64,000 nt of DNA. Origin: the human T2T-CHM13v2.0 reference genome, Homo sapiens. Of this stretch, positions 26,683-41,527 are shown piece by piece. Each line of letters opens with the position of its first letter. Position 1 is the stretch's first letter. The DNA is taken from the NCBI RefSeq assembly GCF_009914755.1, contig NC_060933.1, one strand, 5' to 3'. Under the pieces are notes generated by a model that saw nothing but the letters and a program-made list of their open reading frames with translations, was not told the DNA's origin and did not search any database. A program made the translations under genes and the position numbers.

Positions 26683-28003
26683 AAGAAACAGGGAGCATTG
26701 CTAGGCTATATTGAGTAAGCTCCAACTGTGCATACTTAACCTAGAAAATGCCTAAAATATAGATAGTAAAAAATATGCACAAGAGTGACATAAAACAAGA
26801 ATTCAGATATAGCAGTTGTTTTTATTTGTTTAAGAATAAATTCAAAATTCAGAATTATAATTGTATACTCTTATAAGAGAAAACACAATCAGATTCATTT
26901 TATATAAAATATATTGTGCTAATTTACACACTTTTTGATCCCTAATAATAAATACAACTCTGTTAGATGCCTTAAAAGAAATCTTTACATTGCTTAGAGA
27001 ACGTTAAATATCAATTGTGTATTTAAATTTTCTACTTATATGACAGTATGCTATTTTTCCTTAACTTTGGGTAAATAATTTTATGGTGTGATTAAACCGA
27101 TCTGACATTTTGAAAAAGGGCATGTTTTTTAATGAAATATAAAAGAGTTGTAATTTTAGTTATTCACTGTTGCACAAACCTACTTTTTTGGCTTCATTTG
27201 CAAAAGGTTGTTGGATAACCTTTATCTTTTACCACTAACTTCTTACTCTGATCCAAAATATTTGGCTTTTAAAATTCTCCTTATTTCATTATTTGTCTTC
27301 ATATTTAAAATATCTTCTGTGATATTTCACTTCTAATTTTTTAATATTTTTACATAAAAAGAGATGAATACTGATATCCCTGATTTTTAAGAGAGGATTT
27401 TAATTTGGAAATAAACATGCGATAATATGATTTTAAAATGCTAAAGTGGAGCTCTAGTAATTCAACTGAAAATAGCATTATGAATAAACTATACTGTGGC
27501 AACTCTTTAACATAATAAAGGAGGACATCAACGGAGCAGAAAATTGATGAATTTTGGAATATATGAAGCATGTTGTATCAAATTGCCAGAGAAAGTAATG
27601 ATCTTCTGTTACTGAACTTAGGTCACAAAGCCTACTGCCTGCTAATCAGCAAGTGGACCTGTTTCTCTAACAATGGCCCGAAACTTCACAACATCAAAGG
27701 AGAAATCATTGCCAGCAAAAGCATTTCCGGGTAGTAGGAAAGAATACAAGTGAATAACATTAGTCCAGAAGTTTTAATAATATTCTTTGCTGGTTGAAAT
27801 TCATGTTTAATATGATGTAAATTACTTGATAAGCAAATTAAGAACTATGCTACTACAGACTCCAAATAAGACGCAAGAAAAATGAGAGGAAATACATTAA
27901 AGGAAAATCTTAAAAAAACAGCTGCACAGAAGATAAATTATTTTTCCAGGAGTTTTAAACATAGTTGCTTTTGTTTGTTTGCTTTGCTGTTTTTTCTTAA
28001 TAA

Positions 28004-28342
28004 TTGTTTTAGTAAGCTCAGGCTGCTATATAAAAATAAGATAGGCGCTGGTCTGAACAATAGACATTTATTTCTTATAGTTCTTGAACCTGGCAAGTCT
28101 GAGGAGGGTCATCTTCTGGGCTTTCAAAGGGCTGCCTTTTTCCTATGTACGTACATAGTGAATAGAAAGCGTTAGCTCTCTGGTCTCTTCCTGTAAGAGC
28201 ACTAATCCCATCATGAAGACCCCATCCTTATGGGCTCATCTAAACCTAATTACTTCCAAAGGTCCCACCTCCAAATGCTAACACATTGAGAGTTAAGGCT
28301 TCAATATATTAATTTTGGGGAAACAAGACACAGTCCATATCA
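28004..28342 (-). mobile_element. MLT1A-type MaLR solo LTR
   Basis: gacatttatttcttatagttct...gcactaatcccatcatgaag...cccacctccaaatgctaacacattg...cagtccata. Confidence 0.8.
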
Positions 28343-28556
28343 AATATATATATATATAATATATATGTATAATATATATGTATACTATATATGTATATAA
28401 TATGTATGTATAATATATATACAAATATATATAATATATATTACATATACCCAAATATATATATTATATATATTTGTATATATATTATATATATTTGTAT
28501 ATATATTATATATATTTGTATATATATTATGTATGTTATGTAATACAACTATATAC
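28343..28556. repeat. (TA)n-rich array with three 21-bp units and an inverted copy of the unit
   Basis: tttg recurs with its G at 28476, 28497 and 28518 (period 21). 28409-28441 is the reverse complement of 28457-28489. Confidence 0.9.
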
Positions 28557-28577
28557 ACTCTAAAAAGGCAGTGGAAT

Positions 28578-28905
28578 ATAGACATACTTCAATTGATTGT
28601 GCTTTGCTTCACTTGGCTTCACAGATAATGTGTTTTACACAAATTGAAGGTTTATGACCACCCTGCATCAAGCAACTTTATTGGCACCACTTTGTAATAG
28701 CATGTGTTCATTTGTATCTCTGTGCCATATCTAGGTAAATCTCACAATATTTCAAACTTTTTAACTATAATTATATTTGATATGATAATCTGTAACCAGT
28801 GACCTTTGGTGTTACTATTGTAATTGTTTTGGGCACCATGAACCACATCCATATAAGACAATGAATTTAATCAATAAATGTGTGTGTTCTGACTGCTCCA
28901 CCAAC
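28578..28905 (+). mobile_element. Tigger1 5' fragment
   Basis: Colinear with the Tigger1 5' end (caaattgaaggttt, ctcacaatatttcaaactttt, gttactattgtaattgttttggg, gttctgactgctccacc). Confidence 0.85.
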
Positions 28906-28921
28906 TTAGACAATTAGTTTT

Positions 28922-29244
<323 letters not shown>

Positions 29245-29287
29245 TAGATCTTTTATTTAGACGATGAGAAAATTTAAACTATAAATA

Positions 29288-29588
29288 GGCCAGGTCTGGT
29301 GGCTTATGCCTGGAATCCCAGCATTTTGGGAGGCTGAGGTGGGAGGCTCACTGGAGGCCAGGAGTTCAAAACCAGCCTGAGCAACATAGGGAGACCTCAG
29401 CTCTACAACTGAAAAAAAAATAGCCAGGTGTGTTCATGGTGGCACCTGTCTGTATTCCAGCCACTTGGGAGGCTGAGGCAGGAGGTTTGCTTGAGTCCAG
29501 GAGTTTGAGGTTGCGGTGAGCTACACAATGAGCTATGGTGGCACTACTACACTCCAGCCTGGGCCATAGAGTAAGGCCCTGTCTCTAA
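29288..29588 (+). mobile_element. AluJ lacking a poly-A tail
   Basis: gaggccaggagttc, gagcaacatag, gagtccaggagtttgaggttgc, gagctatg (J features). Confidence 0.88.
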
Positions 29589-30087
29589 CTGGAAGTCCAA
29601 AGAGGGATCTACTTCCAAGACTATTAATTTAATAGATCAATAAATTAATCAAGAATATGATTTTTTTCTCATCTTTCTCTGTAGTCATATTTTATACAGA
29701 CTTTTTGTTTAAGTAATCTCTCTTTATGGGCAGACAATGATTTCAGAAACACCACAAATTATTCTCAAAGAGAAAAGACGAGGATTTTTTTTTTTTTTAG
29801 AAAATGTAACTCTTTTCAGTAGCTCTTGGCAGACCTACCTTCACATTTTCTTGACTAAAAACAGTCATTAAAAAAAGTCAGTCACAAACAGGTGAATTTA
29901 AATTATCATGGTTTACCTATGCTTAACAAGCTTTATCCTCAGAGGTAAGGATAGGGTTACTTTCCTGAATTTTAGATATGTGGAAATATTTGGATTTATG
30001 TCAATAAATGAAAAAGTGTGATGGATATAGTGCTTGCCATGGAATATACCAAATACAGATATTCTGAAAACTTTAAGTTCAGTAATA

Positions 30088-30700
30088 TGCCAGGGGTTCC
30101 CAAGACCACTTGAGACCTGGTAATTTATTGGAAGTCTCTAAGGGAATCAGAAGCTGTAGTACTCATTGTTACAGTATATTACAGTAAAAACAGTACAGAT
30201 AGAAGTCAGCTAAGAGAAAAGACAAATGAAGTGAACTCCAGGAGAAACCAAGTCCAAGCTCTCAGGTGTCCCCTCCCAGAGCAGTTGCATGGGGACATGT
30301 TTAATTATCCCAGCAACAATATGTAAAGTACAAAGCATTGCCAACCAGGAACACTCGCTGGAGTCTAGTTGTCGAAGGTGTTTACTGGGATCAGTCGCAT
30401 AGTCATGTAATGCCCATATGATTGACCTCAGCTCCATGACATTTAAGCACAACTTTCTTCCTACACCCAGAGTAAAAACAGATGTTCACATAAGTCACGT
30501 TGATAACATAACCTTTTCTGGTCGAACTGGGAGAGTATGGCCCAAGACTTCAGGAAAACAAGAACACTTTTATCAAGCAAAATACTCCAAGGGCTCAGAG
30601 ATGAACTCCTAGTCTAAGGTCTAGTCCTGCAGAGGGACCCCTCTTTGGAATGTATAGTATTTGAGCAATTCAGGCCAGTCAAGTTAAACCTTTTCACCCA
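30088..30700 (-). mobile_element. MER77/MER21-group LTR
   Basis: ggggttcccaagaccac...ccaggagaaaccaag...cccagcaacaatatgt...ttgccaaccagg...ctctttggaatgt...agttaaacctttt. Confidence 0.7.
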
Positions 30701-30754
30701 TGCCTAAATGCTATTTAATAAATGTAAATAACAACGATGAGATAGTTTATTAAA

Positions 30755-31300
30755 CATTTTTATTGAAATACACAAATAGTATATAGTTAATTAATTTTAA
30801 CAAAGTGATTGTACATATTTCACAATAAAATTCCCTTAAATTACCATCTGCTCTATCTGCAAGTAATTATTATTCTGATTGCTAATAACATAGACTTTTT
30901 TTAACCTATTTTTGAACTTTTATAATAGAATTAAACAATATATATTCTTTTCTGGATGGCTTCTGTTACTCAGAAATATATTTAGGAGAGTCATCAAAGC
31001 TCTCTTGGGTATACCATTTATCCTTCTTGCTTGATAATACTCCATGTATGTATATATATGCTATGATGTGTTTATTTTACTCTTGATGGATAACTGCAAA
31101 ACTTCCAATTTAAGCTGTTGTGAATAATTCTTTAATAAAAAATTTTGTACATTTGCTGAATATGTTTATGTGTTCCTGTTGGATGATAGTAGCAGAATTA
31201 TTGGTCACAGGGTATGCATATACTTAATTTTAACAGATAAGGTCAAATACTTTCCAAATTCATTTTAACAATTACAGTCAACCTGCATTGTTTTAGAGCC
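30755..31300 (-). mobile_element. L1ME-type 3' fragment
   Basis: tttttattgaaata...aattttaacaaagtga...ctattttgaacttt...tggcttctgttactcag pattern. Confidence 0.55.
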
Positions 31301-32189
31301 CCGATTGCAGGGTCATTTTGGATTAGTTTGTCTTTCTCTTATTGATTTTAATGGATAGTGTTAGGCTGTAAATAAAGTTATTTATGCATAGTAAGAACTT
31401 TCTCAACAAATTTTACTCAGACTTCTGCTCTACGCTAAGAACTAGCTCTGGAAATTAATTCACAGAAAGAACATGGTTAGGGGCCATCCTGAGGGATTTA
31501 CCTCACTAGGGATATATATTTACATTTCAAGAGAAGATGAGACCCAGTAGATGCATCCCAGAAGTTACAAAGCTGGAGACTCTAGTGTTATCTTTCCCAT
31601 AGAGAGATTTATTTTTATCCAAATGGTTAGAGTAAGAACTCAGATTTTTTTCCATTTTGTGACTATGGAGACACACTCAGAAGGGGGTCAGAGCAACTGG
31701 GTCACTCTTCCACAAAAATGCTCAGGTTCTTTTTTCCAGAGTTCTTTGCCTACAGCAGATCCCCTTACATGTAGGACATCTGGTTCTCACCACATCACCA
31801 CCACGGTAAGAATTAGTGGAAAGGAGAGCTAGGTTAAGGGCAGCTGTTTCTTTCCTTCTCTGCAGCCTCTGGTACCAAGTACTGCATGACATGTGTCTCA
31901 CAACATTCCTGCCTCTGCACCTCTGTGCTACGACACTGGATGAATCTATGGAGTGAGCAATAGAAAGTCTCTGAACTGCCAGAAACAAATTCATTTTACA
32001 TGGAAGTGGCTTTAAATCAAGCACATTAACCTCAATGAACTGAAATTAAATATGTCTCTCTTCAACTTCCCCTTAGCTGAATACTAAAAGTGCTGTAGGC
32101 TGGACCCGCACTACCTGACAGGGAGATAAATGACTAAAGGCAAATGGGAGTCAAAACAGGTGTGGCTTTTCTTATTTTTAATTAAGCAT

Positions 32190-32296
32190 CTTACATAGCA
32201 AATTTTGCAAAACTCATATGACCCCGAGAAAGACCCATACACATGAAAGGTCTTAAAGATTTAACTTTCTTAGCTTTAACGTAAGCTTTCCACTGG
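32190..32296. mobile_element. MER91-like DNA transposon fragment
   Basis: tttaactttcttagctttaacgtaagctttccactg resembles the MER91 terminus. Confidence 0.35.
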
Positions 32297-34752
32297 ATTT
32301 TCCCATTACACTCATTCCATAAAGAAATGAAATAATCATATATCTCATTACATAATTATACTAAATTGATCTCAACACATTTTCTTAGCAATATATACCA
32401 ACATTGTTTCCAATATTGTTTATTACAAATGATGCTACAGTTGAAATCTTTATATCTGAACGCTTGTGTGTGTGTGTGTACCTATTCTGTGTATAACACT
32501 GATTTTATTTATTTGTATAGGCCTGGAAGTGGAAATACTGTGACATAAAATAGAGGCACAGCAAATTATTCAAGATGTCGACAAACAGCATTGTTTCCAA
32601 GTTTTTGTTCCCTTACAATCCTTGCCATTGGCCAATCTCTCAAAATCCCGTGTTGCTTAACATTTAGTAGCTTAGTAAATATTTTAAATCTCAGAGATTT
32701 TACCTAACTGATACCAGGGTTTTTAAAATTTGTTTATATAGATTAAGCGTCTTTGAAGAAATAACAGTATGCAAAAAATATGGTTGCTATTCTTCATGTT
32801 AAAACTATCTTAAACTCTTTTCCAGAGGAAAAAATAACAAAATAGAAACCAATGAAGGTCTTTTGCTTGGTGATTACATATATTGATTACCTGTGTAAGT
32901 TAAACAGATTGGGAAAAGGAAATATCCAAAATTGTGCCTAGAGTATATCATGACATCATGTATATATGTAAATAAGTTAATTTTTGCAATCGCAACATAG
33001 AGAAAAATGTTATTTTAAATGAATAAAAATAAATAAAACATAAAGTAATATTTCAGCATATTAAATTTAGGAGTAAAAACCTTTGACATCCCTGAAAATC
33101 TTTGGTAAAAAGTCCAGATTATGATAACTTGGCTTTAATGAACTAGGAAATAGATGGATAATAGCACACACATTTTTAGCATTGTAGGGATTATTTTCAC
33201 TGGTTGTAGGATCAACACACTTGGTTTAAATAATGGTTCTGAGAATTTAATTAATTAATTAATTTAATTCATTTTTGTTAGGAAAATAAATTCATTTCTA
33301 GACACAGGATATTTTACAACTGGATCGTATTTCAAAAAAGAATCACTGTGTTTTTAATGAACAAATGTCACATAAAGAAGTCTTTTCAAAAAGTGCTTCA
33401 AAAACTTAAATTTGAAATATATGCAACGGATCCACAAGGTATCTAATAATTTTTATTTTTACCAAGCTCATGAGTAAGTTAGTTAGCCCTGAAACAGTTT
33501 CGGAGAAAAAAAAAGTGTTTTAGTTTCTTCATCTGTAAAATATTTATGTTGCAAATGATTGAGCAAATATATAAATTTAAGCAGTTTGATCCTAGAACTT
33601 GTTGTGTTTAAGAATATGGATTATTGAGAAGTACTTCACCATAGTATTTATCACATAGTATGTCCTAATTGAAGATTAAGTATGGTTGTAATCATAATAA
33701 AGTATTTTGAAAATTCTTTTGAAAACTGTTTTAATGAATTATAGATTGAACACTGAGATAAGATGGAGTTATCCATGATCTTTAAGACAGCAAAATTAGG
33801 TCTTGAAATTAAAATTGAAATGAATATAATACACATATATTGATTTTATGTCGATGTTTTATAATCAAATCTGATTAGAAAAAGGAAATTGGTATAAAGG
33901 TTCTCCACATCTTCTCAGTCACCCTACTTCATTTTCTAAGGGAATTACATTACGTACTTTTATTTTATTTCTTGTTATATAGCTGTATCCTTTCCTTGAT
34001 TTCTTGGCTTGCTTCTGCTCTCTTCTGCTATGCCTATCCATCAGTTTCCAGAGCTCAGAAAAACAGTTTTTAACAGCCTAATATATGTATTTGGCAATTT
34101 CCTCCCATAACTGTGATTTAATATTCATGGCCACATAAAGGGTATAAAATATTTTGCACTCGGTGTATACACATTTTCTTTATATCACTTTATCTTTCAT
34201 CAATAACTCAATGGAAATCCCGTTAAGAGAATATGAATAGCTCTAGTTGGTATTCAATGTCTGCCTAACATTTCATGTTGACAAATTATCATAAACTATT
34301 CAATAGAAGAATTTTACTAACAATATATCGTTAACATTCTAAAATATTTTTGTATAATCTAGACTTTGGTGGGAACAAACCTTGGAACAAACTGGTTCCA
34401 AGGTTTCTTGGAGGGGAGTGGTGAAAAAGAAATGGGGAAATTTATGTTTTTTGAATTTGTCAACTTATTGAGGAGGGGTAAGTAGAGAAATTGACTAATT
34501 TGCTAAGACAATAGAAGGCATCTTTATTTCAAATAGTACTTGAAAATTATGCATCTAATTGTGAGGTCAAAAAATTGAAGATACCCCTTAATAAAGAAAT
34601 AAAGGATAGATCTTCCAAAATAACAAGGATGTAGTGGAATGAATAAAAATGTATCAAGTCAGCAGCAATAAGGTAAAAATATTAGAAAAGTAATGTTAAA
34701 TAGTTGTCAGATGGAAGGATATATTTGAGCAAATATTTTGTTAAATAGATGA

Positions 34753-35100
<348 letters not shown>

Positions 35101-37370
35101 TCACAGATGTCTTAAAATTCACCTGATAAAGTTAGGAGCCTCAAGAAAAATTAGCAGAGGAAAATAATAGGTAGTTACTATTTAGGGTAAACTAAACTGT
35201 TCTAAGGAATAGAAAATAAAAATTCCATGTCTTCAAAAATAATTCTTCCCTCTCAATCTCTCTGAATATCTCATAAGAGTATTCAGGCCACAGAAATAAC
35301 TACCATTTAGCCACTCAGAGGCTTATAGTAGTTCTACTAACTTTAACATTTGGCAACCAAAATTACTCTAAGAATCATCACCCAAGTCAGACAAACAGGT
35401 AAGATAACAAGAAAAAGTGCTTGTATAAGGATTTAAGACTAAGGCTCAGGGACAGCAAATATTCTATTTGCTAAAACTAAGCCACATGCACACACCAAGC
35501 AAGAGAGCCAGGGAAGTGGATAGGCACAGGCAGTCAGTCCACAGAAGAATGAATCAAAGTGCTGAACTTTCATAGAAAAATCTGTTAAGATTCATGGGTG
35601 GTAAAGAAAATACAAATTAAAATAACACAGGAATGTCACCAGAAAAACCATCAAATAGGTAGCATTTAAAGATATCTATAGGACTTATTGTTTCTAGTGT
35701 TCTCTCATATATTTCTGGTGAAGAATAATTTATTGTAGAGCTTTTTGAAACAATCTGACAATTTATATTGCAATTAATTGTACTTATGCCATCTGACCAA
35801 ACAATGTAACTCCTAGGCTTTTTGCCTATATGACTAAAATCATATGCACAATAGTGGTTATTACATTCTTTAGCCCAGTAGCCATTAAATTCCTTGTGCC
35901 CTTAAAACCTAAAAGTTCACAGGGAGAAGACCTCTTACTGACTTGTAGAATCTCAATACTACTTATCTTGAAATTTCAGTAAGTGTTAGGTAAAAGAGTT
36001 CATTTGGGATAATCACACTATGATAGTCTTTAGCTTTTGAATTGGAATCCAAATTTTAGTTTAGAACAGCAAAGTTTGCGCCTAAAGATTTCATGAAGTA
36101 AAAATACTAATTGTGATTATATATCTAAATATTTGCACATCTAAAGTTGTCTTTTACCCGTAACCAGAATAAATGATACCTTTTTTAAAAAAAAAAAAAA
36201 GAAGAGTAATCTATCTAGAAAATGAAAAAATTAGGCTAAAATGGTGACTTAAGTAATTTAAATGGATATAGATTTATAAAATTAAACTATTTCTCAATTT
36301 TGAGAGGAAAAAATCAAGGAAATCAAATATACCTTCTCTTTCTTTTGTCAACAGATGTATGCTGTCTTAATTGATGCTTAATTTATTTTTCCATTACATA
36401 ATTTTAATATTGTAATAACAACAGACACAAAATGAAATTTCTGTACATTTATGAAAAATGCTAAAATTGTAAAGTAATTTAAATATATAGGTTTAATTTA
36501 TTCATATGATTTAAAATTTTATGTCATTTTGTTTTATTTATTAATTGTTGCTATAATTAAATGTTAATAAAATAAAGTCTTTAAAAATTCTGATTTGGCC
36601 TTGCAATATGCGATTAGAACACTTGTAAAAATGCAAACATATAAATAATGCAAAAATAATATTTGAAAAATGTAATCGTTCTTAATGTTATTGAACATCC
36701 AAAAGTTATTGACGAAGTATTCAGAAGCATTTTAGATTATTGTAAAATATTATTTAAATTATATTTAATTAAAAAATGATATACATTACTCAGTAAAAAG
36801 AAAAATAGATAATCAAGAAAAGCAAAACTGAAAAGATGAAAATGTTTTAATATTCAAGAAGCAATCCTGTCTTTTTTACTGAATTAAGGGACTTCCCTGC
36901 AATAAAATCGATTATGCTCACATAATAAAGGTATATCTTAATAATTTAAGTGAAGAAATAAAATCTGTCATCACTTTCACTTTCATCTGGAAAATAGTAC
37001 CTCGTAAGTTTTTTCCGTTGCAGACTATAAACATAGAAGCAAATTTATTAACTTGGCACTATTATATAAGGTGCATAATGAGCGTTTGTAAAATGGCAAA
37101 ATAGTTTTTTCTAGTCCTATAGTCAATTTATCATCAGAATAGCCTCAGACTCTATACAGGTTCATTCTATAAACAGTATTGGTGAAAAATCAGATGTGTG
37201 GTCTGTTTTTTGTTTGTTTGTTTGAGACTATCATTGTTGAATATACATCAAGCAAAATAGTCAAAGAAAAGCCTTTGGAGTAACATCGTAAATTCAATAA
37301 TATGTATATGTGCACACACACACAAATAGACATCCAAACAACCACAAGAGGAATAACAAATTTATAACCC

Positions 37371-37656
37371 GGGTGGGCGCGGTGGCTCATGCCTGTAATC
37401 CCAGCACTCTGGGAGGCCGAGGCAGGCAGATCACTTGAGGTCAGGAGTGAGACCAGCCTGGCCAACATGGTGAAACTCCATCTCTACTAAAAATGCAAAA
37501 AATTAGCCAGGTCGTGGTGGTGCGCACCTGTCAGCTACTCAGGAGGCTGAAGCAGGAGAATCGCTTAAACCCAGGAGGTGGAGGTTGCAGGGAGTGGAGA
37601 TTGTACCACTGCACTTCAACCTGGTTGGCAGAGCAAGACTCTGCCTCAAAAAAAAA
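37371..37656 (+). mobile_element. AluSx/Sz-like
   Basis: gatcacttgaggtcaggagt and accagcctggccaacatgg, short A tail. Confidence 0.9.
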
Positions 37657-39234
37657 TATTATTACCAAAAATCTCACTAATTCTATACGTCAGCATTTAT
37701 TAAAATAAGGATAAGAGAGAGCTACTGTAGATATCTCTAAGAAAATAAATAAATGATTATTGAATGTGTAGTTAATCTTCTTTTTGTTTGCCCATTTCTC
37801 TTTAGAGCCATGCGCATGAATTGCATTTGCGGGCTGGATTACCAAGGGCTTCTCTGAAATGGCAAAGAAAATAATGTTTGATTTCAAAATGCAATAATAG
37901 TAGCTATATGAAAACATGACCTTTGAGAGATTATTCAGCAAATAATACACTTAATGAAACTTGTTTTTTAAGAAATAGATATTTCAGAAAATATGGTACT
38001 ACATATGATTGTTGCCAAATCATTCTGTATACTTAATGGTTGTTCAGCACTTTCTGTTTTATAAAGTACTTTCAAATATATCAATTCAGTTAGCTAGTAC
38101 CCAAATCCTTGATGTAATCACTGTTATATAACATACAAGCAAACTGTGTGTAATAAATCACTCTGCAGTTGGAGTACAAGAGTAGGCATCAGGAAAGTGG
38201 CAGGTGTGTCATTTTGAATAAAGGCTGTTGTGGGAAAGGTTCCTTCAGACAGATCCCTCTCCCTAGGTATTTATGTGGTGAGAATAGCAGGTGGGGTTTG
38301 TGGAGTAGAGTCCGGGGCTTGTGCATCCTTAATTCAAGTAACAGCACTTGAATTAAAGGTTTATCCTAACTATAAAGCTGTACATTTTTCTCATGATGTA
38401 TTTGAATGTATTCTTTTTAAGGAAAGAAAAAAATGTAGTCATATAAATGTTCAGGTCCTGAAGTATATGTATGTCACTTATTGCTATTCTCTTCTGTATT
38501 TTATGTGAATGCCACAAACATTTTTAAAATTTTAAAGAAGTAAACATATATACAACATAGATTTTTAAAATGAGATATATGCTGAAACAAAGTTTTGAGG
38601 AGGTATAATGTTCCAAAATGTAATTAGATGACAAATTATTTCTGGTACACATTTCCTAGCACTTATATTTTTCACCCACTCATAAAACAATGTGAAGTAG
38701 GTCATACTGAGTCACCAAATTAAACATTCAAATTATTCTACATCTCCAAAAGTAGCCCATAATTAAAAGGAATTTCATATTGGAATAACTGGACCTAATT
38801 TGCTTATTCATTAAATTGTGTCCAAGTGTAGTCTCTGAATTATATCAATTAGGGAACTAGAAGGCATACTTACAAAGAGCTGAATTAACAGTGCAAATAA
38901 AGTAACCACTGAGGATACTTTTGAAAATTCTAGTATTAATTTTGTTAGTCAATGCAATGGAAATACATCAGTAGCATAGTAATAAAAAATATTTCTTTTT
39001 ATAGCATCTTTGATAATTATAAAATTAATAAGATTTATTATTTAAAAAACAGAATAATTCCTACATCATTAAAATCACAAGTAACTCCACTGTCTAATTA
39101 CAACAACTATTGCGGTTTTTATGTATTTTCTTATCATTTTATTTATTTATAATTGATAGGTGAGTATTAGAATTAGCCTGACATTATTTTATGATTAATA
39201 ATTTATTTAAAATATATTATATGATTAAGTGTCT

Positions 39235-40144
39235 ATTTAAAATTAAGCCTGTTAAAAATAAAACTATTGATCTTTCCTATCCTCTAATCCCAAATTTGCT
39301 CCTCCCAAATTTAAACCCAGGTGAGTAATTCCAACTCTGTTCCTCCCATAGTTCAGGCCAAAACATTGCCAATATTATGGACTTTTGCCTCTAATATACA
39401 GGGTTCAAATATATCTTGTTTGCATAGAACAATTTCAATTTATAATTTACATAGTTTATAGTTTACAACAGCTTCAGGAATAGTTTACACGATAGTTTCC
39501 TCACTAATTTCCCTGTTTTCTCTTTTGCTATGCTATGGTCTATTTTCACAGATCAGTCAAACTGTTACTGCTAATTCTTTAAAGAGGCGATTGCTTTTCT
39601 GTTTAAAATCCTTCATGGCTGCCAATTAAATAAACAAAAGTTCTTACCATTTTCTAAGAAGCTTTATGTGACCATCTCCCCATGGAGTGTGATCTCATCT
39701 CCTCTGCTGTATCACATTGGCATCCTTAGTGGAACCTCACGGGTGCGTTCATACACCAAGGCCTCATTTGCTATTTCTGCTCCCTGAAAATATGTTCTCT
39801 CAATTATGCTCTTGGCTCATTCTCTCATAACCATTCATTGTATTCAGATGATACCACCCAGTGAGGCTTTCGGCAACCATCTTGTTCAGTATCCAGCACC
39901 TCTTGTGCCCAGAACTTTCTATTCCCCTTCTTTGCCACATTTTTTAGAATAGAACTTAAACCATCTGGCATACAACACATGATACTTTGTGGTATTAATT
40001 ACTGTTTTTCTCCCAACACTGGAACAACAGCTCTGTGAAGCCAAGACATTCTGAATGTTATTTTCACTATTTTTTCCCCAGTCCCTACAAATGGGCCTAG
40101 AATATGCATAGTAGATGCTCAATAATTTGTTGGGGAACAAATGA
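39235..40144 (+). mobile_element. L2a 3' region
   Basis: ttcaggccaaaac...tttaaaatccttcatggctgcc...atagtagatgctcaataatttgttg..aaatga terminus. Confidence 0.7.
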
Positions 40145-41427
40145 AAGTTGATCCTCAATAATATTTTATAATGAATAGGCTTACAATTTATGAAAAAGCC
40201 ATAACTTATTTAGCCATCTCCCTAAATTTGCATGCTTTTGTAAGTAATACTATCATGGTTGTGAAAACAATTATGTGTGTATATACGTATATGTATATAG
40301 GTATTTTATGGCAATGATATACATACATGTATAGTCTTCTGTAATATTTACAGGTGCTTTTGTTTTGCTTGCATTATGCAGCATATATGATTTTATAGCT
40401 AGTATTCTGGATGTCCATGAAACATCAATTAAAAAGAAACTAATTATTAAATAGCAGACCTGTTAAAGTGGTAGTCAAAATATTCTTTCCCCATCATATA
40501 CCTCAGAGATTTCTGATGAACCCTTTTGAAATCTAATAGTGGCTGTAATCATAATAAATTTTTTCTAGGTAGTTTTACAAACACTTTTTAATCTTCAAAA
40601 TTCAAGGCTAATGTATGCATGTTGAATGATTATGGCATTCATATATAAGCTATGTTTGGAACCAGAACTTACCAGTGCTTATATTTATGTGTAGGTATGA
40701 TAGACAAAGCATAGGAATAACAAGATATCATTAGCTTATTATTCATTAAAAATATGAGTAGAACTGGTTTTGCTCTGTAGTTTTTGCTATGATAAACCTT
40801 AGCCATGAAAATAACCTGCTATTGAGCATGTGTGTCATCCATCTTATGACTCACCAAAAATAGGGAAATGAGTCTAGAACCATCAAAGCAGTTGACAACA
40901 GAAGTGAGATTTCAGCTTGGATGCATTTTATTATAAAAGTAGTATAATTATATTCAAGAATTTGTTAACCTTTTATCTCACTAAATAAATTTCAATATTC
41001 ATTATAAATAACAAATTCAAGCATTTAAATATTATTTATATATTCTTAATTTTTGTTGTTTGTTTTAATTACACATGTCAATCCTGTTATGGAATGACAT
41101 CAACATCCCCTTGTCAAGAGGATATTTTTAAATTTCCACATGTACATTTTAAGAGTTTGATACAACCCTATTTATCTATGATTTTCTCTTTCCTATAATT
41201 AGTAATTTTCACTGTAGAAGACTCACTTATAAAAGTGTATATTATTATATTTGGATGATAAACTAAAATTTTGAAATATTTAGAAGCATTGTTATGAACT
41301 CATTAAAATTATCAGAATCACTTCATATAAAATGATATTTAATATTGTCTTATACATAAATTAGTGACATTGTTTTGTACTTTTAATTTAATTTGATTAT
41401 GAAAACTTTCTATGTGTTTTTGAATTT

Positions 41428-41527
41428 GTGTAACCTTAGACAGATTGCTAAGCCCATTTCATCATGCATTAATAGAATAGGATTAGATAATCTCTAAGGG
41501 CCCTTTTGGCTCTAAGATTATATGATT
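41428..41527 (+). mobile_element. MIR3/MIRc fragment
   Basis: tgtgtaaccttagacag...attagataatctctaagggcccttttggctctaagatt. Confidence 0.6.

Noticed and set aside
38329-38356. Hairpin ttaattcaagt-aacagc-acttgaattaa (11-bp arms) with inverted NK2-like sites
   Set aside because: An 11-bp AT-rich stem is near chance expectation in 64 kb of AT-rich DNA, and it is too short for a pre-miRNA.
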